In this document: positions 39,568 to 48,182 of the stretch, piece after piece
Layout of the letters: each line of letters opens with the position of its first letter
Position numbering within the stretch: the first letter of the stretch is position 1
DNA from: a virus
Direction: 5' to 3' (one strand)
DNA: 64,000 nucleotides
Virus record (IMG/VR): IMGVR_UViG_3300031857_000135
Span: 2,747-66,746 of that record
Made by a program: the position numbers and the translations under genes
The notes under the pieces: model-generated
Seen by the model: the letters and a program-made list of their open reading frames with translations, nothing else
Told to the model about the DNA's origin: nothing
Databases searched by the model: none

Positions 39568-40266
39568 ATGGCTTCACTTTCACAGTGGTCCCCTTACGAG
39601 GACTTCGTACAGGGCGGGATGGTAGACGGCCGCTTTATGAGCGGCGCGTACACCGTCATCTGCGCTGGTCCGCCTCGGCTTGCCAATGTGGGTGGTCCCG
39701 AGTTTCTTGGGGCAGCCCTAACGGCAGGATCGACGGCTGAGGACATGCTGGCCTTCCCGATTGGAGTAGTCCAGAACTTCAACCTCAGCCACAACATGCA
39801 GCTGAGCAGGATCTTCGAGCTGGGGTCTGTTCGCAGCTACCACATCCCCGGTCGGGTGATGGGGCAGATCGGCCTGGGCCGTGTGCTCTACCACGGGCCT
39901 TCCCTGCTTCGAGTCCTGTACGCTTACTACCAGGACATCATCCCGCCGACGTTTGTGAACCCTGTGTTCTCAAACATCGGGGCTGCGACTGTAGCAAACC
40001 CGCATGACGTCATCATCCCTCCGGGGTACGAGAACATCTTCCTCAACCTGGCCTCCGATCTGTTCACGCAGCCTGTCGGTCTGCTGACTCTGATGAAGGA
40101 CAGCAACGAGGATACTCTCGGGGCGGGTTATTTCGAATCCTGCTTCATCCCCAACCACAGCATCGCTACAGATGCTATGGGGACGCTGATCCAGGAGCAG
40201 TGCGCGATTCAGTTTGAGCGCATGGTCCCGGTCAACACACAGGTTGTCGGCCTGATTACGGGATGA
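39568..40266 (+). CDS. Tail tube protein
   Basis: IGVVQNFNLS...RIFELGS..YHIPG...EQCAIQFE; follows the sheath. Confidence 0.75.
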   Translation: MASLSQWSPYEDFVQGGMVDGRFMSGAYTVICAGPPRLANVGGPEFLGAALTAGSTAEDMLAFPIGVVQNFNLSHNMQLSRIFELGSVRSYHIPGRVMGQIGLGRVLYHGPSLLRVLYAYYQDIIPPTFVNPVFSNIGAATVANPHDVIIPPGYENIFLNLASDLFTQPVGLLTLMKDSNEDTLGAGYFESCFIPNHSIATDAMGTLIQEQCAIQFERMVPVNTQVVGLITG

Positions 40267-40269
40267 ACG

Positions 40270-40524
40270 ATGAACTCTCTGCTGCTGCAGTTTTTCTCCG
40301 ATGAGCTTGTGAAGCTGGCTGGCGGTGACCCCGCCAGGCAGCGTCAGTACTACATGCGCAATCGGAATAAAATTCTGCAGCAGCAGAAGCAATACCGTAT
40401 AAAAAACAATGCAGTCATCTCGAAGAAGCAGAAAATCTACAAAGCAAAAGTTAAGTCAGGAATGATTCGGCAGCGTCAGCGGATTTCTACCGGCAATTCT
40501 TACACTTATGGTGGATACCGCTAA
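40270..40524 (+). CDS. Small highly basic protein with FFSDELVKLA leader
   Basis: Leader followed by an Arg/Lys/Gln-rich segment. Confidence 0.65.
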   Translation: MNSLLLQFFSDELVKLAGGDPARQRQYYMRNRNKILQQQKQYRIKNNAVISKKQKIYKAKVKSGMIRQRQRISTGNSYTYGGYR

Positions 40525-42461
40525 TGCCTATTCCTATTCTTTCGTTTAAACGAAAGAAAATTCCAGGACTCAAGATGCCCAGGGTAGCTACTCCGAGACT
40601 TGGACTTTCTACGAAAGGTAAGGCTGCCGTTAATCCGTTTAAGGGCAATACGATGAAAATCGCGTCAGATAAAGAAAATACTATTCATCAACTTATTAGT
40701 AATAGAGACTACTCATCTATTTCCGTATTAAATTCTGATATTCTAAAGAGTATTGATAAGACTGCCCAATCACAGTATGCGATTAAGACTGGAGGTCTTT
40801 TAGCTGCGGCAGGAAAGGGGGCTGTAAACATTGCGCGGGCTGGGGCTAAAGCGAGGCCCGCGCAAGCTGCAAGTAGTCTTAACCCATTCAAGGGTCCTAC
40901 AGCACCACTTTCTTCACCCGTAATCGCTCCGCAGCTCACGCGAGCTCCCAGGCCAGCCACAGCCAGACTACCTGGCAGTAATACAGCACAGGTCAGGGTT
41001 CCGGCGCCAGAAGATCTACCGACTCAGGTAATCCCTCGTGGGGCACCAGCACAGGCTCCAGTAGCACAAGCAGCCCCTGCTGCACCAGCGCCATCCGCTG
41101 ATGCCACCATGGCCTTTTCTCCAAGAGACCAGGCATTAGCGGAACGAGGAAAGCAACTTAGAGACACTATGAATAGGCGCCGGGCTGCTGCTGAACAGAG
41201 GCGCGCGCAGCCCGCACAGACTCCTCCGGCAGATTCAACTATGCCTTTGCCGCGGGCGCAGCCCGCAGCTCCCCCACAGGCAGCTCCCCCACAGGCAGCC
41301 ACTCCACGGGCTGCACAGCCACAGCCGCAGACTACCCCTTCCAGAAATCGAAATAGAGTTGATGAGTTACTTGAAGAGATACAGAGAAGCGCTAGCCAGC
41401 GTGCCTCTGGGGCTGCTCCAGAGTTAGCTGAGCAAGGTGCTGCTATTAGAGCGCGGTTACCTTCAAGAAGAGCTACACCAGCCCCCGCTCAGGAAACAGC
41501 AACTTTTGGCGGACAGGCTGGGCAGGCTCCTCCTGTTGAGTCGACTATACCTATTTCGCGCTCACGACCTGCGCAGCCATCTAGACCTGCTCAACAACGG
41601 CAGCCCCAAACTCCGCAGCAGCGTCCATCTGTAGACTCTGCACCCCGACAGCAGGCTTCGCCTCCGGCACGAGAATTTGATCCTAGAAGAGATCTTTGGC
41701 AGCCAGAAGAGGAGATAGCATTCCAAGCTAGAAGAGCGGCAGGCGGTAGACCACAGCAACCTTCCCCGCAGGCGGCAGCACCGCCTCCGGCGGCAGCAGC
41801 ACCTCCGCCGCAGGCGGCAGCACCTCCGCCGCAGGCGGCAGCACCTCCGCCGCAGGCGGCAGCACCTCCGCCGCAGGCGGCAGCACCTCCGCCGCGGGCT
41901 TCAGCACCTCCGCCGCGGGCGGCAGGCGGCGGACAGGCTCCGCCTCCGGCGGCAGGGACGGGACAAGCAAGAGGGAAGAGCAGATTAGATACTTTTAGGG
42001 AATATTTCGATGCTGCTACAGGGTATCAGTCAGCCGCAGCTAGATCCGCTGCTCAGGCGGCTGGCGGTGGTGGTGTCGCTGCTATAAATCCTTCTTTAGA
42101 CGCCGCTGCAGCCGCTACGGCTCCGCAGGCATCTGGATGGAGAGATACTTTTGATACAATTTTGGGGAGGGGTCGGTTTTCCAGTGGAGCTGATGAGGCC
42201 GCACAGGCAGCGTTGAGAGCTGGAAAAGGAGACTTAAGAGATGCTGCTGATTCAGGAATTGAGAGAATATTAGGTGCGGGAGCTGCGGGAGCGTCATCTG
42301 CGGGAAAATCCGATGATGTGCTTGGATCTGTTGCAAAGTTGGCTCCGCTTGGCGTTGCCGGAGGTCTTGCAGGGTACGGAGCCCTTAAAGGTTGGGGAGC
42401 GGGACAAGCAGAGGTAAATCGATCACTTCAGCAGGGGTTTAACCCGAACACTCGATACTAG
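40524..42461 (+). CDS. Pro/Ala/Gln-rich disordered protein with KxA sites and C-terminal Gly-zipper
   Basis: MKIAS, DKTAQ; PQAAAPP repeats; LGVAGGLAGYGALKG. Confidence 0.7.
   Translation: MPIPILSFKRKKIPGLKMPRVATPRLGLSTKGKAAVNPFKGNTMKIASDKENTIHQLISNRDYSSISVLNSDILKSIDKTAQSQYAIKTGGLLAAAGKGAVNIARAGAKARPAQAASSLNPFKGPTAPLSSPVIAPQLTRAPRPATARLPGSNTAQVRVPAPEDLPTQVIPRGAPAQAPVAQAAPAAPAPSADATMAFSPRDQALAERGKQLRDTMNRRRAAAEQRRAQPAQTPPADSTMPLPRAQPAAPPQAAPPQAATPRAAQPQPQTTPSRNRNRVDELLEEIQRSASQRASGAAPELAEQGAAIRARLPSRRATPAPAQETATFGGQAGQAPPVESTIPISRSRPAQPSRPAQQRQPQTPQQRPSVDSAPRQQASPPAREFDPRRDLWQPEEEIAFQARRAAGGRPQQPSPQAAAPPPAAAAPPPQAAAPPPQAAAPPPQAAAPPPQAAAPPPRASAPPPRAAGGGQAPPPAAGTGQARGKSRLDTFREYFDAATGYQSAAARSAAQAAGGGGVAAINPSLDAAAAATAPQASGWRDTFDTILGRGRFSSGADEAAQAALRAGKGDLRDAADSGIERILGAGAAGASSAGKSDDVLGSVAKLAPLGVAGGLAGYGALKGWGAGQAEVNRSLQQGFNPNTRY
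41766..41924 (+). repeat. 21-bp tandem repeat (CCGCAGGCGGCAGCACCTCCG), four perfect copies plus degenerate flanking copies
   Basis: Perfect units at 41808, 41829, 41850 and 41871. Confidence 0.92.
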
Positions 42462-42717
42462 AAAGAATTTCCTCTAATGTAAGACTTCTAGTCCGGGTGT
42501 TCCTTTCAACTACGTAAATATCTCGCTTATCCGGTTGAACAGGTGCAGATGAGCGAGGGTCATACATACCTTCATCTTGTATACATATATCAAGTATGGA
42601 CTGAAGAACTTCAGTCATAGTAACGCGCGTTCCAGACCGCTCAGACAACGCCCGGGCTGTGCGCTCGAGATACGCTTTATGCTCATTTCTGACAGTTACA
42701 GTTGGCATGAGTACCAC
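42439..42717 (-). CDS. Small ribbon-helix-helix-like DNA-binding protein
   Basis: PTVTVRNEHKAYLE...VTMTEVLQSILD. Confidence 0.45.
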   Translation of the reverse strand: MVLMPTVTVRNEHKAYLERTARALSERSGTRVTMTEVLQSILDICIQDEGMYDPRSSAPVQPDKRDIYVVERNTRTRSLTLEEILSSIECSG

Positions 42718-42719
42718 CT

Positions 42720-42740
42720 AAAAAGAGGTCCGAAGACCTC
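42720..42740 (-). terminator. Rho-independent terminator with cUUCGg loop
   Basis: GAGGTC-TTCG-GACCTC-TTTTT on the - strand, just after the vWA gene. Confidence 0.85.
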
Positions 42741-42748
42741 AGCTTATC

Positions 42749-44527
42749 TCACCTTCTCAGGTGCGCTTCTACGATCAATCTAGCCGAGTTTACGACTCCA
42801 GCGGTAATGTCCTTCGGTTCGGCGATGAGTGCGTATTGCCGCTCTCCGAACAGCTTGTCGTACCCAGTCTTATTGTTTCCAATCGCGAGGATGGAGAGCA
42901 CGATCCCCTCACCGCGAATCTCTCGAACGACATTCGATAAGTCCTTCAGACCATCGCCTGTGCTGTTCCTACCTCGGAGAAAGCTGGGGAAACCATCTGT
43001 CATCAGGAGGATGGCGCGAGCAGACTTCTTGTGTTTCGCCCATTCAGAGGCCATATCCAGAGCACCGATCAAGTGGGTGTTACTGTTGTTAACCTGAGAG
43101 GAGTTCAGGCTTCCAATCTTAGTAAATGGATAAATGACATCAGAGAATGCCCACAAGTTCAGGCTTACATTGAGGTCCTTACATGCGTGCGCTACATCAG
43201 CAACCGCCTGGTTTACGGCCTCCAGTGGGAACCCAACCATCGAACCACTGACATCTACAACCAGTAGTAACTCCAGGCCTTTGTGCTCCGTTACCTTCTG
43301 AAAGACGGGGATGGAAGACAGGTTCCCGCTAACTCGAGCCTGAATGGCCCTCTGGATATTCAGCCGAGGGCCAAAGCGTGCGGTTGAGAGCTCTTGTTCC
43401 GCCCGGATCTCATCCAGGTATCTGCGAATTCCTTCCGCAGATCTCGAAGGTTTCTCAGGCGGATGCTCGGGGGTGACCAGTCTTACGATCACCTTGCAAT
43501 CTCTGCCAGCCTGAACCAGGTCCGTCTCTTCCTCGTCTTCCTCGTTCTTCGCCTGTTTGCCGAGTTCTGCCTTGGCCGCGGCAATTCGAGCGTTCATCTT
43601 CTCTGCACCATCTTTGCAGAGTTTGGAGAACGAGGTCTCCCCGTTTTCGTCCGCGTCCTCATCACTAGCAGTGATGAGTCTGCGAATCTTCTGCATGGTC
43701 GCAGCAGTTGGCTGCTTTTTTGGAAGAGACTCTTCCTTCTTACCAAGCCCCTCTGACGGAGGAGTGAACTGCTGGGCCACGTCTTTTAGGGCCTTGAGCA
43801 CCTGCTGAGCCTTCTGCTGCCCGGTCTTTGGTGGCTCAGGAGGTGGTATTTCCTGCAGAATCTGATCCGCAATGTCATCGACGAGGCGCGCCGTGATCGC
43901 CAGGCAGGCATGAGCATCGACAAGCTCGACCTGAGCCCGCGCCCGGTCCATGGCCGGCTTGCAGACTTGAAAATGGTTTGGAGCACCTGCAGTGTCAAAC
44001 CCAGATGCGGCTCTTCCTAAGTACGCGCATAGACTAATCTTGGCTGCCTCTTCTCCTTCGTGCTCAGCGATACCTTTCCAGCGCTCGCCCAGGAGCGTCG
44101 CTCCACCGTAATAGAGCTCTCCCCAGATACTCTTACACCTCAAGTCCTCCAGGATGTTCCACAGCCCGTGGAACATGTCTCCCAGCGGACCAGAGAGTGC
44201 TCTCCCCTCAGTGCTAGTTGAGACGATCCTTGCCCTGGTGAGAAGTCGTTCTACAGCCTTCTCCTTAAACGCGGCCATTAGACGTAGATCTGTCTCTGCG
44301 AAGATGTGCGAAAGCTCGTGTTCACAGATGAGATACGCCTCTGGGTCAGACAGTGGAACTCGGACATAAGTCTCGCAGTCTGTGTGCCCTCCGATTGTGG
44401 TATTTTCTAGCTTTATATTCTTGCTCAACAGGGTATTAAACGTATCAACAAGATTCCGCATTCTCTCGATGTTGATTTCTAGTGATGGTGCCTTCATGGC
44501 ACCGAGGTCAAGAGGAGGACGACTCAT
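42749..44527 (-). CDS. vWA-domain protein with N-terminal HExxH metallopeptidase-like motif (CobT/NorD-like partner)
   Basis: CEHELSH, NILEDLR, MIDAS VDVSGSM...LMTDGFP. Confidence 0.8.
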   Translation of the reverse strand: MSRPPLDLGAMKAPSLEINIERMRNLVDTFNTLLSKNIKLENTTIGGHTDCETYVRVPLSDPEAYLICEHELSHIFAETDLRLMAAFKEKAVERLLTRARIVSTSTEGRALSGPLGDMFHGLWNILEDLRCKSIWGELYYGGATLLGERWKGIAEHEGEEAAKISLCAYLGRAASGFDTAGAPNHFQVCKPAMDRARAQVELVDAHACLAITARLVDDIADQILQEIPPPEPPKTGQQKAQQVLKALKDVAQQFTPPSEGLGKKEESLPKKQPTAATMQKIRRLITASDEDADENGETSFSKLCKDGAEKMNARIAAAKAELGKQAKNEEDEEETDLVQAGRDCKVIVRLVTPEHPPEKPSRSAEGIRRYLDEIRAEQELSTARFGPRLNIQRAIQARVSGNLSSIPVFQKVTEHKGLELLLVVDVSGSMVGFPLEAVNQAVADVAHACKDLNVSLNLWAFSDVIYPFTKIGSLNSSQVNNSNTHLIGALDMASEWAKHKKSARAILLMTDGFPSFLRGRNSTGDGLKDLSNVVREIRGEGIVLSILAIGNNKTGYDKLFGERQYALIAEPKDITAGVVNSARLIVEAHLRR

Positions 44528-44867
44528 TCGAGGCTACCTCATAGATTCGTGTTGCTATGGCCCAAACGGTAGGCTTTCGTCGATAGAGCAAGACATCATA
44601 GGGCCCGAGAGGTGGGGGTTTTTCTCCTGACCGCAGAAATCCCTCTACCTCTTCGTAGATGTGGGCCTGTGCGTCCTGTTTACACTCTTGAACCAGCTTT
44701 TCGGTTCTACGCGAGTGTTCTCCCCTCTTGATTGAGAGCTCTACAAGATCATTTGTCTCCCGCTCCACGGCATCTTCGAGGGCCGACAGCGTAGAGCGAA
44801 GCTCAGCACTTCGCCCCTTCTTCTTCATCCACTCGATCATATGCTCAAAAGACTCAAACATGACCAT
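44508..44867 (-). CDS. Hypothetical protein
   Basis: Coupled between the AAA and vWA genes. Confidence 0.6.
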   Translation of the reverse strand: MVMFESFEHMIEWMKKKGRSAELRSTLSALEDAVERETNDLVELSIKRGEHSRRTEKLVQECKQDAQAHIYEEVEGFLRSGEKPPPLGPYDVLLYRRKPTVWAIATRIYEVASNESSSS

Positions 44868-45711
44868 AGAGTTTTACTCCCGTCAGGTTTACAGAGAAAA
44901 TGGACTGAACTCGAGCCATGATCGCCGTCGCATGATCAGGCTCAAATTTATACATCAACATCTTCAGAGCTTTATCCAGACCGATACGCTTCACCTTGTT
45001 GGCGGTATGGACGAGATCGCGCGTTGACAGCGCGTAGTCCCACTGTGTTGTGCGGCTCTCTTGTGCAAAGGTCAGGAGCCTACTAGCGAACTGGCGCTCC
45101 TGAACCGCCGGAGTTGGGCTGAGCGTCAGTTCGATCAGCTTCTTCTCATCGGCTTCCGGCATGTAGCCTACTTCAATGAAATCGAAGCGGCTTCGAAGTG
45201 CCTCATTGAGCTGGTAGGTTCCTGCGTAGCCAGGATTCATGGTTCCCACTACAAAGAGATCTGCCCCCTGCTTCAGTGAGAACTTTCTCCCGAGAGAAGA
45301 ACATTCCACAGACTTCCGGTAGTCTGCTACCGAGAACACCATGCTCTGAACCTGTGGCCGAAGAGTGTTCACCTCCTCGAGGACCAGCACTGCTGCTCCG
45401 ACTTCATTTGCGGTCTCGATCGCCAGGGGCAGCGATCCGAGGGTGAAGAACACGCTGTCGCCCTCGAGTCCGAAAGAACCGATGAGCTGTACCTCGTCGG
45501 TTCCCACGTTGCAGTTCTCTCGGATCATGGGAATCTCGTTCCTGGCGCACCACTCCTCAACCGAGAGAGTTTTACCGCTACCCTTCGGTCCTTTTAGAAT
45601 GATGGCATCTCCCCAGGCGAGTTTGTCTACGAGGTCTAAGAGTCCGACCTCGATGTAATTAGGATCCTTGGAGGGGATAAGGTCACTAGCCGACATCTTT
45701 ACGATTTTCAT
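44854..45711 (-). CDS. MoxR-family (CbbQ/NirQ/NorQ-like) AAA+ ATPase
   Basis: GPKGSGKT, VLEEVN, TMNPGYAG, LNEALRSRF, STRDL. Confidence 0.88.
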   Translation of the reverse strand: MKIVKMSASDLIPSKDPNYIEVGLLDLVDKLAWGDAIILKGPKGSGKTLSVEEWCARNEIPMIRENCNVGTDEVQLIGSFGLEGDSVFFTLGSLPLAIETANEVGAAVLVLEEVNTLRPQVQSMVFSVADYRKSVECSSLGRKFSLKQGADLFVVGTMNPGYAGTYQLNEALRSRFDFIEVGYMPEADEKKLIELTLSPTPAVQERQFASRLLTFAQESRTTQWDYALSTRDLVHTANKVKRIGLDKALKMLMYKFEPDHATAIMARVQSIFSVNLTGVKLYGHV

Positions 45712-45743
45712 GTGTTACTCCTAAGCCCGGATGGCTAAAAAGT

Positions 45744-45770
45744 TTATGACTCATACTTTGAAGTTTTGCC
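45744..45770 (-). promoter_or_regulatory. Putative phage promoter (CAAAACT...GTCATAA)
   Basis: Motif 39 nt upstream of ATG 45711, which has an AGGAG RBS. Confidence 0.55.
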
Positions 45771-45805
45771 TTGACGACTGAAAAGGCTTCTGTTATTGAT
45801 TTTAC

Positions 45806-46048
45806 ATGAGTGAAATCGACCTCACCCGCTTGTCTCACGAGCAGTTCCTTCAGGGATTTGCGGATACCGTCCTGGGACTACTTAGAGATCATAGAGTCTC
45901 ACTAATTGTTTCTCGTCCTGATGGAGTAATCACCTTCATTAATCCATTGATTCTTAAGGAGATTCCGCAAGAGGCACTAGCGCACACACTTCTGGAGAGC
46001 TGGTCGGAGGAAGATGTGGTCTCTTTCCTTGAGCATGTCTATGGGTGA
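45806..46048 (+). CDS. Hypothetical protein
   Basis: 80-aa ORF in the + strand islet. Confidence 0.55.
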   Translation: MSEIDLTRLSHEQFLQGFADTVLGLLRDHRVSLIVSRPDGVITFINPLILKEIPQEALAHTLLESWSEEDVVSFLEHVYG

Positions 46049-46340
46049 GCTGGTCCAGTTTCCAAAGAAGACCTCTGAGATGATGCCAGCTCATGCGGTC
46101 GATCTTCGGAGGGTGATTCAAGAGATACGGAAGCTGGTCGAGGTCTATGGATCGGACACGGATGAGATGTGGGTTGCCTTTGAAACCCGGATGAAGACCC
46201 TGATCTGTGGCTACACCAAGTTCGAGGTTGAGCCAGATGAGGCGGGCGGAAAGGTGGTGACTATTTTCACCGATTCCGTTGTCGGATATTGTGGTTTCAG
46301 CGTTCTTGTGTACAACGAGTTACTTACTTTTAAAAAGTAA
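46041..46340 (+). CDS. Hypothetical protein
   Basis: MGELVQFP start coupled to the upstream ORF. Confidence 0.55.
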   Translation: MGELVQFPKKTSEMMPAHAVDLRRVIQEIRKLVEVYGSDTDEMWVAFETRMKTLICGYTKFEVEPDEAGGKVVTIFTDSVVGYCGFSVLVYNELLTFKK

Positions 46341-46343
46341 GTA
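46321..46343. promoter_or_regulatory. AT-rich 11-bp inverted repeat upstream of parB
   Basis: TACTTACTTTT-A-AAAAGTAAGTA. Confidence 0.55.
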
Positions 46344-46384
46344 TTTTCAGTAACAATTATCTTACCCGCAAAGCCATAGGAGGC

Positions 46385-47218
46385 ATGGGTATGAGTCTGT
46401 TCTCTACTGACACGATTGCGATTGGTGCAGATGATATTGTTGTTGGTAACAACATCAAGAATATCCGTACGTTCTTCAACACGGACCATATGAATGAGCT
46501 GCGTGAGAGCATTCAGCTCGAGGGGCTGATGCAGCCGCTTGTTGTCATGCCCATTGAGGATGAGAACGGCAACGAGGTATTCGAGTTGGTCGCTGGTGAG
46601 CGGCGCCTTCGTGCGATCAAGATGATCCGTGAGGACGATCCCGACTTCTACAAGGAAGGTGTTCCCTGTGTCACCTTCGAGGGCACGCTCGATAGCGCGA
46701 AGTACATCAACGCGATTGAGAACGTCGAGCGTGAGAACATTGACGATATTGATCTGGCGGCCTGGATTTTCCAGCGGTGTGAGATCGAGGGCGTGTCCCA
46801 GACCGACTTGGCCCAGCGGATGCATAAGTCGGCCGCGTGGGTCAACTTCCGAGTGACCTTCCACACCAAGGCCACTGACGTTCTGAAGGATGCTGTTCGC
46901 ACTGGCCTTGTCAGCTTCTCGGCTGCCTACCACATCGCGAAGAACATGAGCCAGGAAGAGCAGATTGAGTGGATCAACAAGGCCAAGAAGCTCAACGAGA
47001 AGATCTCAGTTGAGCAGGCTGAGAACTCAGGCTCGAGCACTCCGCGGGTCAAGCGCCCTGGGAAGGGATCGCGGGAGCGCATGCTGAGGCGTACGGATGA
47101 CCTTGCTGACAAGGGCAATGAGCTCGGACGCGGCATGGCACTGATGCTGCGTTGGGTTGACGGCCTTCTCCCGGATGAGGAAGTTCAGGAGATGGTCGCT
47201 TTCGAGGAGCAGAAGTGA
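46385..47218 (+). CDS. parB: ParB/Spo0J-like protein
   Basis: ELRESIQLEGLMQPLVV, ELVAGERRLRA, IENVERENI and an HTH (SQTDLAQRMHKSAAWV); GGAGG RBS. Confidence 0.85.
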   Translation: MGMSLFSTDTIAIGADDIVVGNNIKNIRTFFNTDHMNELRESIQLEGLMQPLVVMPIEDENGNEVFELVAGERRLRAIKMIREDDPDFYKEGVPCVTFEGTLDSAKYINAIENVERENIDDIDLAAWIFQRCEIEGVSQTDLAQRMHKSAAWVNFRVTFHTKATDVLKDAVRTGLVSFSAAYHIAKNMSQEEQIEWINKAKKLNEKISVEQAENSGSSTPRVKRPGKGSRERMLRRTDDLADKGNELGRGMALMLRWVDGLLPDEEVQEMVAFEEQK

Positions 47219-47219
47219 C

Positions 47220-47339
47220 ATGAGAGTAATCCCGGGACGACCCGTGATCACCTACAAGAAGGTTGGCAGCCGAATCGGGATCTTCGAGGTGGTCCTGGGA
47301 GATGGGTATGCTGAGCTTCAGTGGCTCAGCTACCTCTAA
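47220..47339 (+). CDS. Small hypothetical protein (39 aa)
   Basis: ATG immediately after the parB stop; ends just before the terminator. Confidence 0.4.
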   Translation: MRVIPGRPVITYKKVGSRIGIFEVVLGDGYAELQWLSYL

Positions 47340-47342
47340 ACT

Positions 47343-47373
47343 AAGAGCCCCGTCGTAAGACGGGGCTCTTTTT
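47343..47373 (+). terminator. Rho-independent terminator
   Basis: AGAGCCCCGTC-GTAA-GACGGGGCTCT-TTTT. Confidence 0.88.
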
Positions 47374-47391
47374 AGCTGTTTCTTATTCTTT

Positions 47392-47763
47392 TTAATTCAC
47401 GCTTCTATACAGTGATCCAATTCCATGTTTAAAGGAACTCCTCAGACGCTCGTATCCAAGACCTCTGTTCTCAAGTGCGGATGCTTTTTGAATACGATTA
47501 CGCATCCCACCCGGACCCGTTAAGGCAGCTTGAGCCTGTTCCCTAAGATCCCCCGAAGCTCTTTCTGCTCGATCCTTAAGTCGCCAAAGTTGATTCTGTG
47601 TTTGATCTTGAGCAGTGGTCCTTAGTGAACTTGATGGGAGTGTGTTGATATTTTTAATTCTATTAGAGATTGCTCTTTCAACAAAATTTGGACTCAGCGC
47701 GGATTTTTCCATCCAAAGTGGATGATCAGAAAGAAGCAGGTCATAAGCAGCGAGTTTGTTCAC
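47392..47763 (-). CDS. Putative head-internal protein with MNKLAAY...HPLW..EKSA leader
   Basis: Leader shared with the ORFs at 11441 and 47826; GGGAG RBS. Confidence 0.7.
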   Translation of the reverse strand: MNKLAAYDLLLSDHPLWMEKSALSPNFVERAISNRIKNINTLPSSSLRTTAQDQTQNQLWRLKDRAERASGDLREQAQAALTGPGGMRNRIQKASALENRGLGYERLRSSFKHGIGSLYRSVN

Positions 47764-47825
47764 TTTGAAACTCCCAATGCTACTGCACTTTTGAGACGTT
47801 AATGATACCTGACTTGAAAAGAACC

Positions 47826-48173
47826 TTACATACCTGGCGGCATCGCTTGATTTTTCAGAAACTGTCCAAAAGGCGTCTGGGACATTCTGTTTAATCCTTG
47901 GTAGGCATCCACCATTCCCTGGCCTACTCGTTTGTTCATGTCATATTTAAATCCCCTTAGTCGTTGTGAGATTGTAGGAGGCCTAGTCATTGGCTTAAGC
48001 GCCGCTGCCTCGAAGGGGGAACGAAATGGTTTGATCATACTCTTAATTCCCGTCCCCACTTGCTGTAAGCCTTGCCCAAATTGCTTAAATCCCAGTATTG
48101 CAACCTTCTCATGGTCTTCCGTCCACAATGGATGCTCTGCTAGGAGCATCTCGTACGCAGCAATCTTATCCAT
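47826..48173 (-). CDS. Putative head-internal protein with MDKIAAY...HPLW...EKVA leader
   Basis: Leader shared with the ORFs at 11441 and 47392; AGGAG RBS. Confidence 0.7.
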   Translation of the reverse strand: MDKIAAYEMLLAEHPLWTEDHEKVAILGFKQFGQGLQQVGTGIKSMIKPFRSPFEAAALKPMTRPPTISQRLRGFKYDMNKRVGQGMVDAYQGLNRMSQTPFGQFLKNQAMPPGM

Positions 48174-48182
48174 ACTGCGCTC

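Noticed and set aside
41766-41924. 21-bp repeats as a CRISPR array
   Set aside because: Units are contiguous without spacers, in frame within a coding region, and no cas genes are visible
40524-42461. Tape measure protein call
   Set aside because: Proline-rich and disordered rather than long helical; only its position supports the call
45771-45800. Sigma70 promoter TTGACG-N17-TATTGA
   Set aside because: The -10 element lacks the conserved final T; a single weak instance, not enough to call
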